Source: an uncultured SAR86 cluster bacterium
GTDB taxonomy: Bacteria > Pseudomonadota > Gammaproteobacteria > Magnimaribacterales > D2472
Length of the DNA: 64,000 nucleotides
Direction: 5' to 3'
NCBI GenBank assembly: GCA_902628925.1
Contig: CACOPA010000001.1
Coordinates: 253,517-317,516 of the forward strand
Of this stretch, positions 1-10,800 are shown piece after piece. Position 1 is the stretch's first letter, and every line of letters begins with the position of its first letter. A program made the position numbers and the translations under genes. A model generated the notes under the pieces. It was not told where the DNA came from, searched no databases, and saw only the letters and a list, made by a program, of their open reading frames with translations.

Positions 1-402
1 TTCACATCCAACCAATGGCTCAAACGGGGTTTTATCTTTTGCACTTTCTAAAAGAAGAACCGTGCCTATTGCAAAGAGAAAAAGAGTACCAAAGATCATA
101 AATTTTTTGAAATGATCTAACGCAATTGTTTTGGCCCAATCACTAAAAAATAAAAATAATAAGCCCCTGAAAATACTCAAAATGCCAATTAAAATAATGA
201 TGTAATTCCATGGTTGGTAATAAATAGGACTTTCAGGAATTCCAAAATATAAGAAAATCCCGCCAATAATGACACCAAAAAGACCAAGCATCTTCAGATA
301 ATTTGAGGCAAGGGTTCGAATCACGGCCTTACGCCAAAACTTATAAAACAAAGGAAGGCTAACGCCAAGTGCAATTAGTAATACACCAAAAATTAATTCC
401 AT
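1..402 (-). CDS. multi-pass membrane protein, 5' part only (runs off left edge)
   Basis: Not in the ORF track because it has no stop inside the window. Reverse-strand ATG at 402 opens a frame uninterrupted to position 1 (134 codons: MELIFGVLLIALGVSLPLFYKFW...). The product is hydrophobic and helix-rich. It overlaps the stop of the next gene by 10 nt. Confidence 0.45.
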   Translation of the reverse strand, partial: MELIFGVLLIALGVSLPLFYKFWRKAVIRTLASNYLKMLGLFGVIIGGIFLYFGIPESPIYYQPWNYIIILIGILSIFRGLLFLFFSDWAKTIALDHFKKFMIFGTLFLFAIGTVLLLESAKDKTPFEPLVGCE

Positions 403-1331
403 TTTTTTAATTCCATATTAATTAATTCCGCAAGCTCAAGAGGCTTATCTACCAATACGTGATGAGCCGCATCTTTTATAACTTTAAATTCCATTATTTC
501 ACTGAATGCACTTTGCATATATTTCATTATCTTTGATCCTAAAAGCAAACTGTCGCTTCCAGAAATAAATAATGCTGGACAGGAAAATGAAAACCCATAT
601 CCATCCAGTCGTTTTAATGATCTAAATAATCTGTCATCAAATTTCCATCGCCATCCATCGCTTGTTTCTTTGATTGAAAATTCAGCAATAAATCTTAAAT
701 ACCAATCATTTTTACATTCTTGGGGTGGCATTAGCCTAAAACGAGAAAGAATTTCTCTTTTAGATGAGTAATATTTTATGGGTCTTAATGGACCGCTACT
801 TATGTGCTTATCGTAATCATAGTCAGGAGGTCTTATTGGACTGTCGATGATGATTAAACCACTAACAAGTTCTGGCATTTCAGATGCAATGTATGCAGCT
901 AGATGCCCTCCAAGAGAATGACCAACTAAAAAAATTTTTCGTTTTAACATTCCTTCGTTATCAATAACGCCAAGAACGGCATCTTTAAATAACTCAAAGT
1001 CATATTTATCAAAATGACTGGTATCTCCCATGCCCGGAAGTTCTGGGGCAATAATCGTGCCTTTTGATTCGAGCAATGGTGCAATAGGATCCCACCATTT
1101 ACTATGTGCGCCGGTCCCATGAATTAAAACAGTTAGCTGTTCTTCATCATCAATATCCCATTTCTGATAGGCAACCTCATGACCATTAAAAGCATATTTT
1201 TTTTGTTCTAATTTTGCCTCAATTGCTTGATGAAACCAGTTCGGAGCATCTGCAATGTCTTCCTTAAGCGAGTCGGATATTTTCATTAGATGCATTCTAA
1301 TAGATAATGGCTGACTAAACGAATTATGCAA
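393..1331 (-). CDS. alpha/beta-fold hydrolase
   Basis: 312-aa ORF with the nucleophile elbow GHSLGG and an HGTGAHS oxyanion-hole region. Candidate ATGs lie at 1331, 1295 and 1286, so the exact start is uncertain. Confidence 0.8.
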   Translation of the reverse strand: MHNSFSQPLSIRMHLMKISDSLKEDIADAPNWFHQAIEAKLEQKKYAFNGHEVAYQKWDIDDEEQLTVLIHGTGAHSKWWDPIAPLLESKGTIIAPELPGMGDTSHFDKYDFELFKDAVLGVIDNEGMLKRKIFLVGHSLGGHLAAYIASEMPELVSGLIIIDSPIRPPDYDYDKHISSGPLRPIKYYSSKREILSRFRLMPPQECKNDWYLRFIAEFSIKETSDGWRWKFDDRLFRSLKRLDGYGFSFSCPALFISGSDSLLLGSKIMKYMQSAFSEIMEFKVIKDAAHHVLVDKPLELAELINMELKKWN

Positions 1332-2093
1332 TTGATCAGACCAGCGGCAACCATAGTCTTAGCAAGGGATTCATTAAAGGGCCCTGAGGTATTGATGGTT
1401 AAAAGAAGTACAAACTCAGCATTTGGTGATTTGCATGTATTTCCAGGAGGCACTCTTGATCCAGAGGATTATTCGTCAGAAATTTATCAAATGAGCGATG
1501 ATCTTGATGACCAATCAGCTTCATCAATGTTAAAAGTTGAAAAAGATGGACTTGCTTATATGATTGCTGTTGTTAGAGAGTGTTTTGAAGAGGTTGGTAT
1601 ATTGATGTCTAAATCATTGCCGGCATTCCTTGATCCAAAGGCACTAAAAAACATTCGGGATCAGATCAATAATAAAAAATTAACGTTTTATGATTTTTGT
1701 CTTAGTAACGATATCCATTTTGACTTCACTAATATCGTTCCAATCTCACACTGGATAACACCTGAGGTAGAGAAGAAAAGATTTGATACTCGTTTCTTTT
1801 TTACAAAAACAGATGAGTCACAACAAAATGATCATGATGGCTGGGAGCTAACCGAAAGTGTATGGATAAAACCTAGTGATGCACTTAAAGCAAACAGCGA
1901 AGGCACTTTTAATATGATTATGCCTACAATCAAAAACCTTTCTCTGTTACTGCCCTATAAAACAGTAGCTGATGCTTTCGCTGGTCTGAAAGATGAGGTT
2001 GATAATATTCAATCTATTCTGCCAAAGTTTTTCAAGAGAGATGGAAACTGGATCGGTTTATTACCTGATGATGAAGGATATGAAGATGCATAG
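1326..2093 (+). CDS. NUDIX-family hydrolase
   Basis: 255-aa ORF with a Nudix box-like segment (GGTLDPED...AVVRECFEEVGIL). It is divergent from the hydrolase gene. Confidence 0.8.
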   Translation: MQLIRPAATIVLARDSLKGPEVLMVKRSTNSAFGDLHVFPGGTLDPEDYSSEIYQMSDDLDDQSASSMLKVEKDGLAYMIAVVRECFEEVGILMSKSLPAFLDPKALKNIRDQINNKKLTFYDFCLSNDIHFDFTNIVPISHWITPEVEKKRFDTRFFFTKTDESQQNDHDGWELTESVWIKPSDALKANSEGTFNMIMPTIKNLSLLLPYKTVADAFAGLKDEVDNIQSILPKFFKRDGNWIGLLPDDEGYEDA

Positions 2094-2895
2094 TAAATTA
2101 ATTCAAAAGATTACAGCACCCAATGCAAGTATGTTTACGGGCGGTGGTACAAATACTTATCTGATAGGTAAAGAAGAGATAACTATTGTTGATCCAGGCC
2201 CAAACATTGAGACACACATTAATGAAATTGCTAATGCAGTAGGGGAAAAAGCAACAAGGATTTTGGTTACTCATACTCATAGGGACCATTCACCAGGAGT
2301 GAGACCATTAAAAGATATATTAAATATTCCCTCCTATGGATTAATGGTGGAGCAAGATGATGGACATCAAGACAAAACCTATACTCCAGATAAAGTCTTA
2401 GGTCATGGCGATGTGATTGACTGCGAAGAATATAAAATTGAGGTCATTCATACGCCTGGCCATGCATCAAATCATCTTTGTTATTTAGTTCATGATGCAT
2501 CAACGTTAATTACCGGTGATCATATTATGAACGGTTCAACAGTAGTGATTGCTCCGCCTGATGGGAACATGAAGCAATACCTGTCTTCATTAAAACTTCT
2601 CAAAGACTATGCATTTGATTACATTGCGCCTGGTCATGGAGATTACCTTGAAGATCCAGTCGCTGTGGTTGATTGGATTATCAATCATCGACTTCAAAGA
2701 GAATCTAAGGTTCATGAGTGCCTAAAAAAAATATCTCCATGTGATGTCAATGATTTGGTCAAGCTTGTTTATGATGACGTTGACCCAAAATTACATCCGA
2801 TTGCACTGTGGAGCCTCACAGCACATTTAGAAAAATTAGAAGAGGATGGCATAGCTGTTTTGAGTGAAGATAAAAAAATCTGGTCACTCAATTAG
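2080..2895 (+). CDS. MBL-fold metallo-hydrolase
   Basis: Carries the THTHRDHSPG (HxHxDH) motif, later HTPGH, and GDH. The track ORF begins at 1993 inside the NUDIX gene. ATGs at 2080/2086, next to the NUDIX stop (2091-2093), give a normal-length N-terminus (..APNASMFTGGGTNTYLIG). Confidence 0.8.
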   Translation: MKMHSKLIQKITAPNASMFTGGGTNTYLIGKEEITIVDPGPNIETHINEIANAVGEKATRILVTHTHRDHSPGVRPLKDILNIPSYGLMVEQDDGHQDKTYTPDKVLGHGDVIDCEEYKIEVIHTPGHASNHLCYLVHDASTLITGDHIMNGSTVVIAPPDGNMKQYLSSLKLLKDYAFDYIAPGHGDYLEDPVAVVDWIINHRLQRESKVHECLKKISPCDVNDLVKLVYDDVDPKLHPIALWSLTAHLEKLEEDGIAVLSEDKKIWSLN

Positions 2896-2897
2896 CC

Positions 2898-3260
2898 ATG
2901 TTTGGATTCATTTTAGGCTGCTTGTACTTACTAAGCGCCTTAACTTTTCTTTGGCTTAATAATAGTAAATTTGATCTCGTTGGATTCTTTTTTAATAAAG
3001 CGAATCATAAATTCTATGTTGGTTATGAACTTAGTTTCTTGGTCCTTTGTATGCTTGCATTGCTGGAATCAATGAGTTGGGTTTTCTTTATTTTGCTAGC
3101 AATCCATTTCATGGGTTTTTATATATTGGCTTTCAATACTGAAAAATTTTATTCAATGAGAAATGAAATTGACGCACTAGGTCAAAACTCAATGATAAAT
3201 TTTTCTGTAATCTTTTATCTGCTCGGAGGAGTTTTTTCTTTATTCACTGTTTTGATTTAA
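2898..3260 (+). CDS. small hydrophobic membrane protein, unknown function
   Basis: 120-aa ORF with 3-4 predicted TM helices. It starts 3 nt after the MBL gene, and its 3' end overlaps the acs 3' end by 21 nt. Confidence 0.4.
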   Translation: MFGFILGCLYLLSALTFLWLNNSKFDLVGFFFNKANHKFYVGYELSFLVLCMLALLESMSWVFFILLAIHFMGFYILAFNTEKFYSMRNEIDALGQNSMINFSVIFYLLGGVFSLFTVLI

Positions 3261-5186
3261 AGAGAGTTTATTCTCAACTAAATTCTTAACAACTTCTGGT
3301 TCAGCTAAGGTAGAAGTATCTCCCAGATCATGAGTTTCACCTGCTGCAATTTTTCTTAAAATCCTTCTCATTATTTTTCCTGAACGCGTTTTAGGCAAAC
3401 TGGGTGACCATTGAATTAGATCAGGTTTAGCAATGGGACTGATTTCATTGGCAACAAATTTTGAAAGTTCTTTGGCAAGATCATCGTCTGAATTTTGCCC
3501 AACCATCAGGGTTACAAATGCATAGATTCCTTGCCCTTTGATGGGGTGCTCAAATCCAACAACTGCAGCCTCGGCAACAACCGGATGAAGCACGAGGGCG
3601 CTTTCAATTTCAGCTGTCCCGAGCCTATGACCTGAAACATTCAAGACATCATCTACCCTTCCTGTTATCCAGTAATAACCATCTTCATCCCTCTTGGCAC
3701 CATCTCCGGTAAAGTAGATATCCTCATACTCAGAAAAATACGTATCAATCATTCTTTGATGATCCCCATAAACAGTTCTTATTTGGCTTGGCCAAGAATT
3801 TTGTATCACAAGATTTCCTGAGCCTTCACCCTCAATTAAATTACTTTCATCATCCATTAAGCCTGGGTTAACTCCAAAAAAAGGGAATGTTGCTGAACCT
3901 GGTTTTACAGGTGTAATTCCGGCAATGGGTGAGATCAATACAGAGCCAGTCTCTGTCTGCCACCAGGTATCAATAATTTGACAACGCGATTCTCCAACAA
4001 TTTTATAATACCAATCCCAAGCCTCAGGATTGATGGGCTCACCTACAGTACCAAGCAATTTTAAAGATTTTCTAGATGTATCCTTTACAGGTTTATCACC
4101 TTGAGCCATTAATGCTCGAATCGCAGTTGGTGCAGTATAAAAAATATTTACTTGATGCTTATCACATATCTCCCAACATCTTGAGGATGAAGGATAAGTA
4201 GGCACGCCTTCGAAAATAACACTGGTTGCACAATTACTTAGCGGTCCATAAACAATATAAGTATGCCCAGTTATCCAGCCAACATCTGCGGTACACCAAT
4301 AAATATCATCTTGTTGATAACCAAATATAAATTTAAAACTCAGGTGTGCTCCCAGCAGATATCCCCCAACACTATGCATGACTCCTTTAGGTTTCCCTGT
4401 AGATCCAGATGTATAGAGAATAAAAAGAGGATCCTCCGAATTAGTTGCCACACATTCGCAAGTCTGATCATATTGAGCAATCTTTTCTGTGTAGTAATGA
4501 TCCCTGCCTGCAACCATTTCAATACCTTCACCTGTCCTTTGAACAACAATACAATTTTTAACTCCAGGACAAGAATCTAATGCAGTATCTACATTTTTTT
4601 TGAGATTAGTTTTCTTTCCTCCCCTAACTGATTGGTCAGCAGTGATGAGTAATGAGCAGTCAGCATCTAGAATCCTGTCCTTAAGAGATTCAGCAGAAAA
4701 CCCTCCAAATACCACAGAATGAACTGCGCCTATCCGAGCGCAAGCCAGCATTGAATAAACTGCTTCAGGAATCATGGGTAAGTATATGCAGACTCTATCG
4801 CCCTTGTTTACTCCAAGATCTTTCATAAAATTAGCCAATCGACATACATGGTCATGTAATTCTTGATAAGAAATATTCTTGCTTTCAGCAGGATCATCGC
4901 CTTCCCAAATAAAAGCAGTTTTATTTTGATGATGCTCTAGATGTCTATCAATGCAGTTATAAGCAATGTTTAACTCACCATCCTCAAACCATTTCGCATT
5001 TTTGAATTGATTATTAAAAGTAGTTGTAAACGGCTTACACCACACCAAATTTTCTTTTGCGGCATTTTGAAAAAAAGTAACAGGGTCATTGATGGACTGT
5101 TCATACAGTTTTTTATACTCTTCTAGTGAGCTTAAATGCGGGTTTGTGAAACCTCTTTCAGGTGAGATGACTTTTGTATCAGTCAT
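3240..5186 (-). CDS. acs: acetyl-CoA synthetase (AMP-forming)
   Basis: 648 aa with full-length resemblance to Acs. Contains the AMP-binding signature [11 protein letters not shown] and the C-terminal SGKIMRR with the catalytic Lys. Confidence 0.97.
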   Translation of the reverse strand: MTDTKVISPERGFTNPHLSSLEEYKKLYEQSINDPVTFFQNAAKENLVWCKPFTTTFNNQFKNAKWFEDGELNIAYNCIDRHLEHHQNKTAFIWEGDDPAESKNISYQELHDHVCRLANFMKDLGVNKGDRVCIYLPMIPEAVYSMLACARIGAVHSVVFGGFSAESLKDRILDADCSLLITADQSVRGGKKTNLKKNVDTALDSCPGVKNCIVVQRTGEGIEMVAGRDHYYTEKIAQYDQTCECVATNSEDPLFILYTSGSTGKPKGVMHSVGGYLLGAHLSFKFIFGYQQDDIYWCTADVGWITGHTYIVYGPLSNCATSVIFEGVPTYPSSSRCWEICDKHQVNIFYTAPTAIRALMAQGDKPVKDTSRKSLKLLGTVGEPINPEAWDWYYKIVGESRCQIIDTWWQTETGSVLISPIAGITPVKPGSATFPFFGVNPGLMDDESNLIEGEGSGNLVIQNSWPSQIRTVYGDHQRMIDTYFSEYEDIYFTGDGAKRDEDGYYWITGRVDDVLNVSGHRLGTAEIESALVLHPVVAEAAVVGFEHPIKGQGIYAFVTLMVGQNSDDDLAKELSKFVANEISPIAKPDLIQWSPSLPKTRSGKIMRRILRKIAAGETHDLGDTSTLAEPEVVKNLVENKLSLNQNSE

Positions 5187-5854
5187 TAAAGGATTGTTGG
5201 ATGAGGATTTATAAAGTTTTTACCCTTTGGATTTGTGGTAATAGTTTCTAAGAGCATCTCATAATCGTTACCATCTTCCTCAAGATTAATGTCTGCAGCA
5301 TTTACTATGAGGAGCGGGGCACTTTCATAGTATAAAAAGAATTTTGAATATGCTTCATTAAGTCTTTCAAGGTACTCACCAGTTAAATACCTCTCATTAG
5401 GATTTCCTCTTTTATTAATTCTATCGAGTAAAACCTCAACAGGAGCTTGAAGGTATATCACCAAGTCTGGAGATGGAGCGTCAATTGTGGTGTGCTCATA
5501 AACTTTGTCGTACAGTGCTAGCTCTTCATCAGATAAAGTTACCTCAGCAAAAAGCCTATCTTTTTCTATTAGAAAATCAGCAACTCGAACAGGCTCAAAC
5601 AAACTTTGTTGCTTAAGATCCTCAATTTGTTGCATCCGCTGAAATAAAAAGAAAAGTTGTGCAGCTAGTGCAGATTGACTAGGATTTTTATAAAAACTGT
5701 TCAAGAAAGGATTTTCTGCAGGTTTTTCCAGAAATACATCATAATTAAATGATTGCGCTATTTTATGAGCAAGGGTTGTCTTTCCAACACCAATAGGTCC
5801 TTCAACTGCTATGAACTTTGGTATGGGAGCTTCCTGAATTGCTAAATCCATCAA
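5186..5854 (-). CDS. deoxynucleoside kinase family protein
   Basis: 222 aa with P-loop GPIGVGKTT and a dNK-type layout (ERS/DR-like region, RINKRG lid). Its stop overlaps the acs start by 1 nt. Confidence 0.75.
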   Translation of the reverse strand: MMDLAIQEAPIPKFIAVEGPIGVGKTTLAHKIAQSFNYDVFLEKPAENPFLNSFYKNPSQSALAAQLFFLFQRMQQIEDLKQQSLFEPVRVADFLIEKDRLFAEVTLSDEELALYDKVYEHTTIDAPSPDLVIYLQAPVEVLLDRINKRGNPNERYLTGEYLERLNEAYSKFFLYYESAPLLIVNAADINLEEDGNDYEMLLETITTNPKGKNFINPHPTIL

Positions 5855-5878
5855 TGTAAAAAAATTATCTTATAAAGA

Positions 5879-7144
5879 TTATCCCAACTCTCCAGATAAG
5901 CCAAATTTTTTAGAGTCTGATGAGTTCTCTTGATGCCTTTTAATCATCTCAAGTTTTGTTTGTCGGTTGCTCGATTGAAATTTTGTCCACCAATCACCAA
6001 TTTCGCTCCCAGAATTAGAGGCCTCAATTCTTAATAATATCAAATCATATGCAGCTCTAAATCTTGGATGTTGAAGTACTTTAAAGGGTTGATTTTTGAT
6101 CCTACTTTGAAGCCTCAACTGCAATGACCAAATATCTTTTATGTAAGTATAAAATCTCCTTGGTACAGCAGTTAAGATTTGCTGGTCTCTTAAAATTTTG
6201 TCCATGTTAGGAAAAAATCTTCTTGTGCTAATCGAATCTTCAACAGTTGCTAGTTCAATCAACTTTGGCCATAAAATAGCCGCTAAAAGAAATCCAGGAG
6301 TTACTGATTTACCCTCATGAACTCTGTTATCAGTATTAATAAGCGCTAACATCTGCAATCGATAACCATAGCTATTAGACTGCCCTACATAACTCACCAA
6401 ATGTTTTAACAAGTCGAAAGTTTCCAGTTTTTCAAAGTTATGCTGGGCTTTGCCGTGCATAAATATTTTATTAAATTCATCAAACCTTCTGGCATTGGAT
6501 ATGCTGCTCAAAAGATATCCTTTTTCATAAATTGCATCTTTTATTTGTTTATCAATTTTAAAGTTTAGCTTCGTTGCAAATCTTACAGCTCTTAAACTTC
6601 TGACAGGATCTTCTTCGAAGCGCAGCATGGGGTCGCCGATAGAAACAATTTTACGCTTAAAAGAATCGTTCACCCCTTGATGTCTATCGAATAATTTTTT
6701 TTGAATAGGGTCAAAGTAAAGAGAATTAATTGTAAAGTCTCTTCTTTCACAATCCTCCTCAATTGTCCCCCAGACGTTATCCCTTAGAATTTTACCTAGC
6801 TGGTCCTTAACAATTTTTTCTTGATTCGATTTTGCTCCGGATGCTCTGAAAGTAGAAACTTCTATAACTTGGCTGCCCTTATAAACATGAACTAACTTAA
6901 ATCTTTTTCCAATAATTCGTGAGGCTTTAAATATCTTTCTAATTTGCTCTGGTGTTGCATTGGTCGCTACATCAAAATCTTTAGCTGGAATATCTATTAA
7001 CTGATCTCTGATGCATCCCCCAACAAGGTAGGCATCATGACCATTTTTTTGTAATTGCTTGATGATCTCCTCAGCAAATTTATTAAATTTATTCTGGAGA
7101 AGTTTTTTTGGTGGACTTATAAATGAATTATTTGGGTTACTCAA
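5879..7144 (-). CDS. pcnB: poly(A) polymerase I
   Basis: 421 aa with the nucleotidyltransferase core LVGGCIRDQLIDIPAKDFDVAT and RDFTINSLYFD. It lies downstream of dksA, as in E. coli and Pseudomonas. Confidence 0.9.
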   Translation of the reverse strand: MSNPNNSFISPPKKLLQNKFNKFAEEIIKQLQKNGHDAYLVGGCIRDQLIDIPAKDFDVATNATPEQIRKIFKASRIIGKRFKLVHVYKGSQVIEVSTFRASGAKSNQEKIVKDQLGKILRDNVWGTIEEDCERRDFTINSLYFDPIQKKLFDRHQGVNDSFKRKIVSIGDPMLRFEEDPVRSLRAVRFATKLNFKIDKQIKDAIYEKGYLLSSISNARRFDEFNKIFMHGKAQHNFEKLETFDLLKHLVSYVGQSNSYGYRLQMLALINTDNRVHEGKSVTPGFLLAAILWPKLIELATVEDSISTRRFFPNMDKILRDQQILTAVPRRFYTYIKDIWSLQLRLQSRIKNQPFKVLQHPRFRAAYDLILLRIEASNSGSEIGDWWTKFQSSNRQTKLEMIKRHQENSSDSKKFGLSGELG

Positions 7145-7164
7145 ATTAAAATTTTGGAGATTGA

Positions 7165-7791
7165 TTATCCACCTAGTTGTTTTTCTTTTATCTCATCTAG
7201 AGTCTTGCAATCAATGCAATGCGTGGCAGTGGGTCTTGCTTCTAGTCTTTTTAAGCCAATCTCAATTCCACATGAATAACAGTATCCATAGTCATCTTGT
7301 TTAATTTGCTCTAAAGAGCTCACAATCTTTTTGATAAGTTTTCTTTCCCTGTCCCTAGTTCTTAATTCAAAGGCAAACTCTTCTTCTTGTGAAGCACGAT
7401 CAACAGGATCTGCAAAAGTTTCACCTTTATTTTTAAGGTGATCAAAAGTTTTTTGCATTTCTTCTTTAAGGTGCTCTCTCCAATTAAGTAAAACTTTATT
7501 AAAGTGACGCTTCATAGCAGCACTCATATATTTCTCATTCTTTTTGGGCTTGTAGGACGAGATTTGGGGTTCTTTCTTCTTAGCGACTCTTTTCTTTTTT
7601 GCAACAGATAATTTTGCTACTTTCTTTTTCAGAGTCTTAGACTTAGCTGCAGTATTCTTTTTAGTTATTTTCTTTGGCGCTGCAGTTTTTTTCTTGGGAG
7701 CAGCTTTCACTTTTTTATTGACTGTCTTGGTTGATGCTTTTTTATTTGAGGTTTTCTTTGCTGTTGTTTTTTTACTTTTTTTAGTTGGCAT
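7165..7791 (-). CDS. dksA: RNA polymerase-binding transcription factor DksA with lysine-rich N-terminal extension
   Basis: The C-terminal ~130 aa align by eye with E. coli DksA: [29 protein letters not shown] plus a CxxC-N17-CxxC zinc finger (CYSCG...CIDC). The track start at 7821 is TTG and the first ATG is at 7791. A ~73-aa K/A/T-rich segment precedes the core. Confidence 0.85.
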   Translation of the reverse strand: MPTKKSKKTTAKKTSNKKASTKTVNKKVKAAPKKKTAAPKKITKKNTAAKSKTLKKKVAKLSVAKKKRVAKKKEPQISSYKPKKNEKYMSAAMKRHFNKVLLNWREHLKEEMQKTFDHLKNKGETFADPVDRASQEEEFAFELRTRDRERKLIKKIVSSLEQIKQDDYGYCYSCGIEIGLKRLEARPTATHCIDCKTLDEIKEKQLGG

Positions 7792-7872
7792 TTTAGTTTT
7801 TAAGTTATTGAAATTAATCAAATTATTTAAGGGCGAAGAAAATAGCAGAAATGAACCTAATAAGCTAGTTTT

Positions 7873-8871
7873 TTATAATTTTTTTAGAACCTCATGATAG
7901 CCAGATTCTGTTAATCTTGGACCAAAAGTCTCAACAATTTTAGAAGCCCCATAATTAGCAAATTTTCCACATTCATTCAGAGAATTGCCCTGAGAGAGCG
8001 CATATAAAAAACAACCTGCAAACATATCGCCGGCTCCATTTGTATCTACCGCATTAATGCTTTCAGCTTTTACTTGAATTAATTCATCTTTATTAACAAT
8101 TGAGCATCCCTTCGAGCCTCTTGTAACAATACTAATAAAATCTTTTTTTGTAAGATCATCAAGTGCCGAATCAGTAGATTCAGTTGATGTAAAAGACATT
8201 GCTTCTTCATCGTTACAAAAAATGTAATCAACTCCAAAACTTTCTAGTTCAGTAAATCTGTCTCTAAATCCCATTACAATGCCAGGATCTGAAAGTGATA
8301 GAGCAATTTTTACATTTTTTTCAGACGCTCTTTTTAAGAGCTTAAGGGTTACAGAATAGTTTTCATCACTCGTGACCATATAGCCTTCAACGTAAAGAAT
8401 GTCTGTATCAAGCATTGCTACAAAATCAATATCATCCTCTCGCATAAGCGCACTTACATTGAGGGCTGTCGACATAGTTCTTTTTGCATCTGCTGTAACC
8501 AAGATTAAGCATTTACCTGTTGGGACTTCATCAGCATCCCGCATTTTTAAATTATGGTTAACACCTATATTTTTAAGGTTTGCAAGGTAGCTATGACCAT
8601 CTTCATCATCAGCAACCACGCAAGTATGAAAACATTTAGCACCAAAATGAGTTGCAGCTACCAATGTATTTGTTGCTGAGCCTCCACAATCAGAAACGGA
8701 TTCTGCATTCTCTTTTTTTAACTTATCAATAATTGGAGCATGCTCCTCAGCACTTGATAGATTCATTTGATCAATTTCTAGGCCAACTTCTGCGATGAAT
8801 TCATGTGATACTTTAAATTGAGTATCAACCAATGCATTTCCAATCGCAGTTATGTCATATTTCATCTTCAT
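7873..8871 (-). CDS. PfkB-family carbohydrate/nucleoside kinase (adenosine-kinase-like)
   Basis: 332 aa with the PfkB signature DTNGAGDMFAG near the C-terminus and an N-terminal GNALVD motif. Confidence 0.8.
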   Translation of the reverse strand: MKMKYDITAIGNALVDTQFKVSHEFIAEVGLEIDQMNLSSAEEHAPIIDKLKKENAESVSDCGGSATNTLVAATHFGAKCFHTCVVADDEDGHSYLANLKNIGVNHNLKMRDADEVPTGKCLILVTADAKRTMSTALNVSALMREDDIDFVAMLDTDILYVEGYMVTSDENYSVTLKLLKRASEKNVKIALSLSDPGIVMGFRDRFTELESFGVDYIFCNDEEAMSFTSTESTDSALDDLTKKDFISIVTRGSKGCSIVNKDELIQVKAESINAVDTNGAGDMFAGCFLYALSQGNSLNECGKFANYGASKIVETFGPRLTESGYHEVLKKL

Positions 8872-10151
8872 AATTCCTCTATTGCATCTAAGACTTTTTG
8901 GTATGCAGATTGCATTACTTCGTCTATATGCGTGGTTGATAAAAATCCAGCTTCAAATTTTGAAGGCGCAAAGTAAATGCCTTTACTCAAAGATTTGATA
9001 AAGAATTTTTGGAAAACTTTTGAATCTGTTGCACATACATCTTCAAAGTTTTTAGGAAGTTCTCTTGAGAAAAAGAAACCAAACATTCCGCCGGAAGCAT
9101 TATAAGCAAAATCAATATTCTTAGCTTCTAAGCTTTCTGAGATGGCGTTTAAGAATTTTTTAATAATTAATTCTAATTTTTCGTATGGGTTAATTTTTTG
9201 TAGTTCAGAAATTAGAGCTATGCCTGCTGACATTGCAAGTGGATTACCTGAAAGTGTACCTGCCTGGTAAACAGGGCCTTCAGGAGCAAGGCATTTCATA
9301 ATATCTGCATTACCACCAAAAGCCCCAACAGGAAGACCTCCACCAATAATTTTACCAAGTGCAGTCAAGTCAGGTTGAATGTTATATATTGATTGCGCAC
9401 CACCAAGATTGACCCTAAACCCTGACATTACTTCGTCAAAAATTAGAACCGTATTATTTTGACGAGTTTTTTCTTTTAGAACATTTAAGAATTCAACATG
9501 TCCCTTGATGAAACCCATGTTGCCAGCTATTGGTTCAACAATTACTGCAGCAAGATCATCTTTAACTTCATCAAAGGTCTTAATAAATGCTTTGGTATCA
9601 TTGTATGGAATAGAAATAGTGAATTTAGCAAGCTCTTCGGGGATTCCGGGGGAGTCAGGTAAGCCAAAAGTGGATACACCTGAGCCTGCTTTAACGAGCA
9701 ATGAGTCAACATGCCCATGGTAACAACCATCAAATTTGATAATGGTATTTCTGTTCGTATATCCTCTTGCTAACCTTATGCAACTCATTGTTGCCTCGGT
9801 ACCAGAATTAACCATTCTGATTCTCTCAATAGAGCCGATGCTTTCTTTTATCAGAGAGGCCATGTGGTTCTCTAGTTTTGTTGGTGCTCCAAAGCTTGTC
9901 CCTTTTTTTAGCTGCTCGTTTATGGCCTTTACGATAATAGGATTACTGTGACCTAATATCATTGGCCCCCAGGAGCCAATAAAATCTATGTATTGATTTT
10001 CATCTTCATCAATTAAATATGCGCCATTGGCACTCTTAAAAAAAACAGGTTTTGAGTTAACATTTTTGAAAGCTCTGACAGGGGAATTAACTCCTCCGGG
10101 CATCAGCAACTGCGCCTCTTTAAAAAGAGCATCTGATTTATTGCGATTCAT
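8868..10151 (-). CDS. hemL: glutamate-1-semialdehyde 2,1-aminomutase
   Basis: 427 aa, class-III aminotransferase. Contains GGVNSPVRAF, DEVMSGFR and the PLP-Lys region ALGKIIGGGLP. Confidence 0.95.
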   Translation of the reverse strand: MNRNKSDALFKEAQLLMPGGVNSPVRAFKNVNSKPVFFKSANGAYLIDEDENQYIDFIGSWGPMILGHSNPIIVKAINEQLKKGTSFGAPTKLENHMASLIKESIGSIERIRMVNSGTEATMSCIRLARGYTNRNTIIKFDGCYHGHVDSLLVKAGSGVSTFGLPDSPGIPEELAKFTISIPYNDTKAFIKTFDEVKDDLAAVIVEPIAGNMGFIKGHVEFLNVLKEKTRQNNTVLIFDEVMSGFRVNLGGAQSIYNIQPDLTALGKIIGGGLPVGAFGGNADIMKCLAPEGPVYQAGTLSGNPLAMSAGIALISELQKINPYEKLELIIKKFLNAISESLEAKNIDFAYNASGGMFGFFFSRELPKNFEDVCATDSKVFQKFFIKSLSKGIYFAPSKFEAGFLSTTHIDEVMQSAYQKVLDAIEEL

Positions 10152-10765
10152 GATTTATTTAACATATTTAAGAATGAGGGCAAATCTTCTGAAGAAAAGA
10201 TACCATCTGACATAGCAATCATATCAAAATTGTTACTGATATTTGACTCATAAGTATTTAAATTAATTCCGCCAATTATGGCTTTTGGTTTTCTATTGAA
10301 TTTAATTATATTTTGAAGTTCAGCTTCAGATATCTTGCGTGCATTTTTTTTAGTTGGAGATTTGTATATGGCTCCAAAAGAAACATAATCAATGTAGTCT
10401 AAATACTGATTTGCAAGCGATGAACTGTTATAACAACTTAAGCCAACAATCTTGTCTTTATAGACATGCTTTACAAAAATTGGCGAGATATCTGATTGAC
10501 CTAAATGAATGCCATCAAAATTAAATTCTTCAATGTGGGTAATATGATCATTGACTAAGACAAGCCCCGAATGATTGTGAATTTTTTCTATTAGACTTTT
10601 TAATTTTGGTTCATGCTCAAAAAAGATACTTTCGTTTTTAAATCTTATTTGAAATAACTTAATCTTATTTTCCAAGCAAACTTTAATAGTTTGATCAAAA
10701 CTATCATGCAAAAAGTTTGCTTCACCGATAATGCAATATAATCCCTTTAATTTATTGCTAAACAT
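10148..10765 (-). CDS. thiE: thiamine-phosphate synthase
   Basis: 205 aa, TMP-TENI-type (FQIRFKN, GIHLGQSD, FGAIYKSPTK). The thiE-hemL adjacency is the same as in Pseudomonas. It overlaps hemL by 4 nt. Confidence 0.75.
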   Translation of the reverse strand: MFSNKLKGLYCIIGEANFLHDSFDQTIKVCLENKIKLFQIRFKNESIFFEHEPKLKSLIEKIHNHSGLVLVNDHITHIEEFNFDGIHLGQSDISPIFVKHVYKDKIVGLSCYNSSSLANQYLDYIDYVSFGAIYKSPTKKNARKISEAELQNIIKFNRKPKAIIGGINLNTYESNISNNFDMIAMSDGIFSSEDLPSFLNMLNKS

Positions 10766-10800
10766 TTTGATTTATTCGTTATTATTGTATCGTTATTAAG

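Noticed and set aside
1993-2079. N-terminal 29-codon extension of the MBL hydrolase ORF
   Set aside because: It lies entirely inside the NUDIX gene in another frame. ATGs at 2080/2086 next to the NUDIX stop give the normal family N-terminus.
4263-4580. Small ORFs on both strands inside acs (4263-4580 +, 4340-4549 -)
   Set aside because: They are nested in a full-length, highly conserved acs frame and carry no independent signals.
7059-7897. Plus-strand ORFs 7059-7304 and 7694-7897 around dksA
   Set aside because: They are antisense to pcnB/dksA. The 7694-7897 ORF is simply the complement of the lysine-codon (AAA/AAG) tract, read as F/L-rich nonsense.
10766-10800. TPP riboswitch upstream of thiE
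   Set aside because: The divergent gap to hemG is only 35 bp, which cannot hold a roughly 100-nt THI element.
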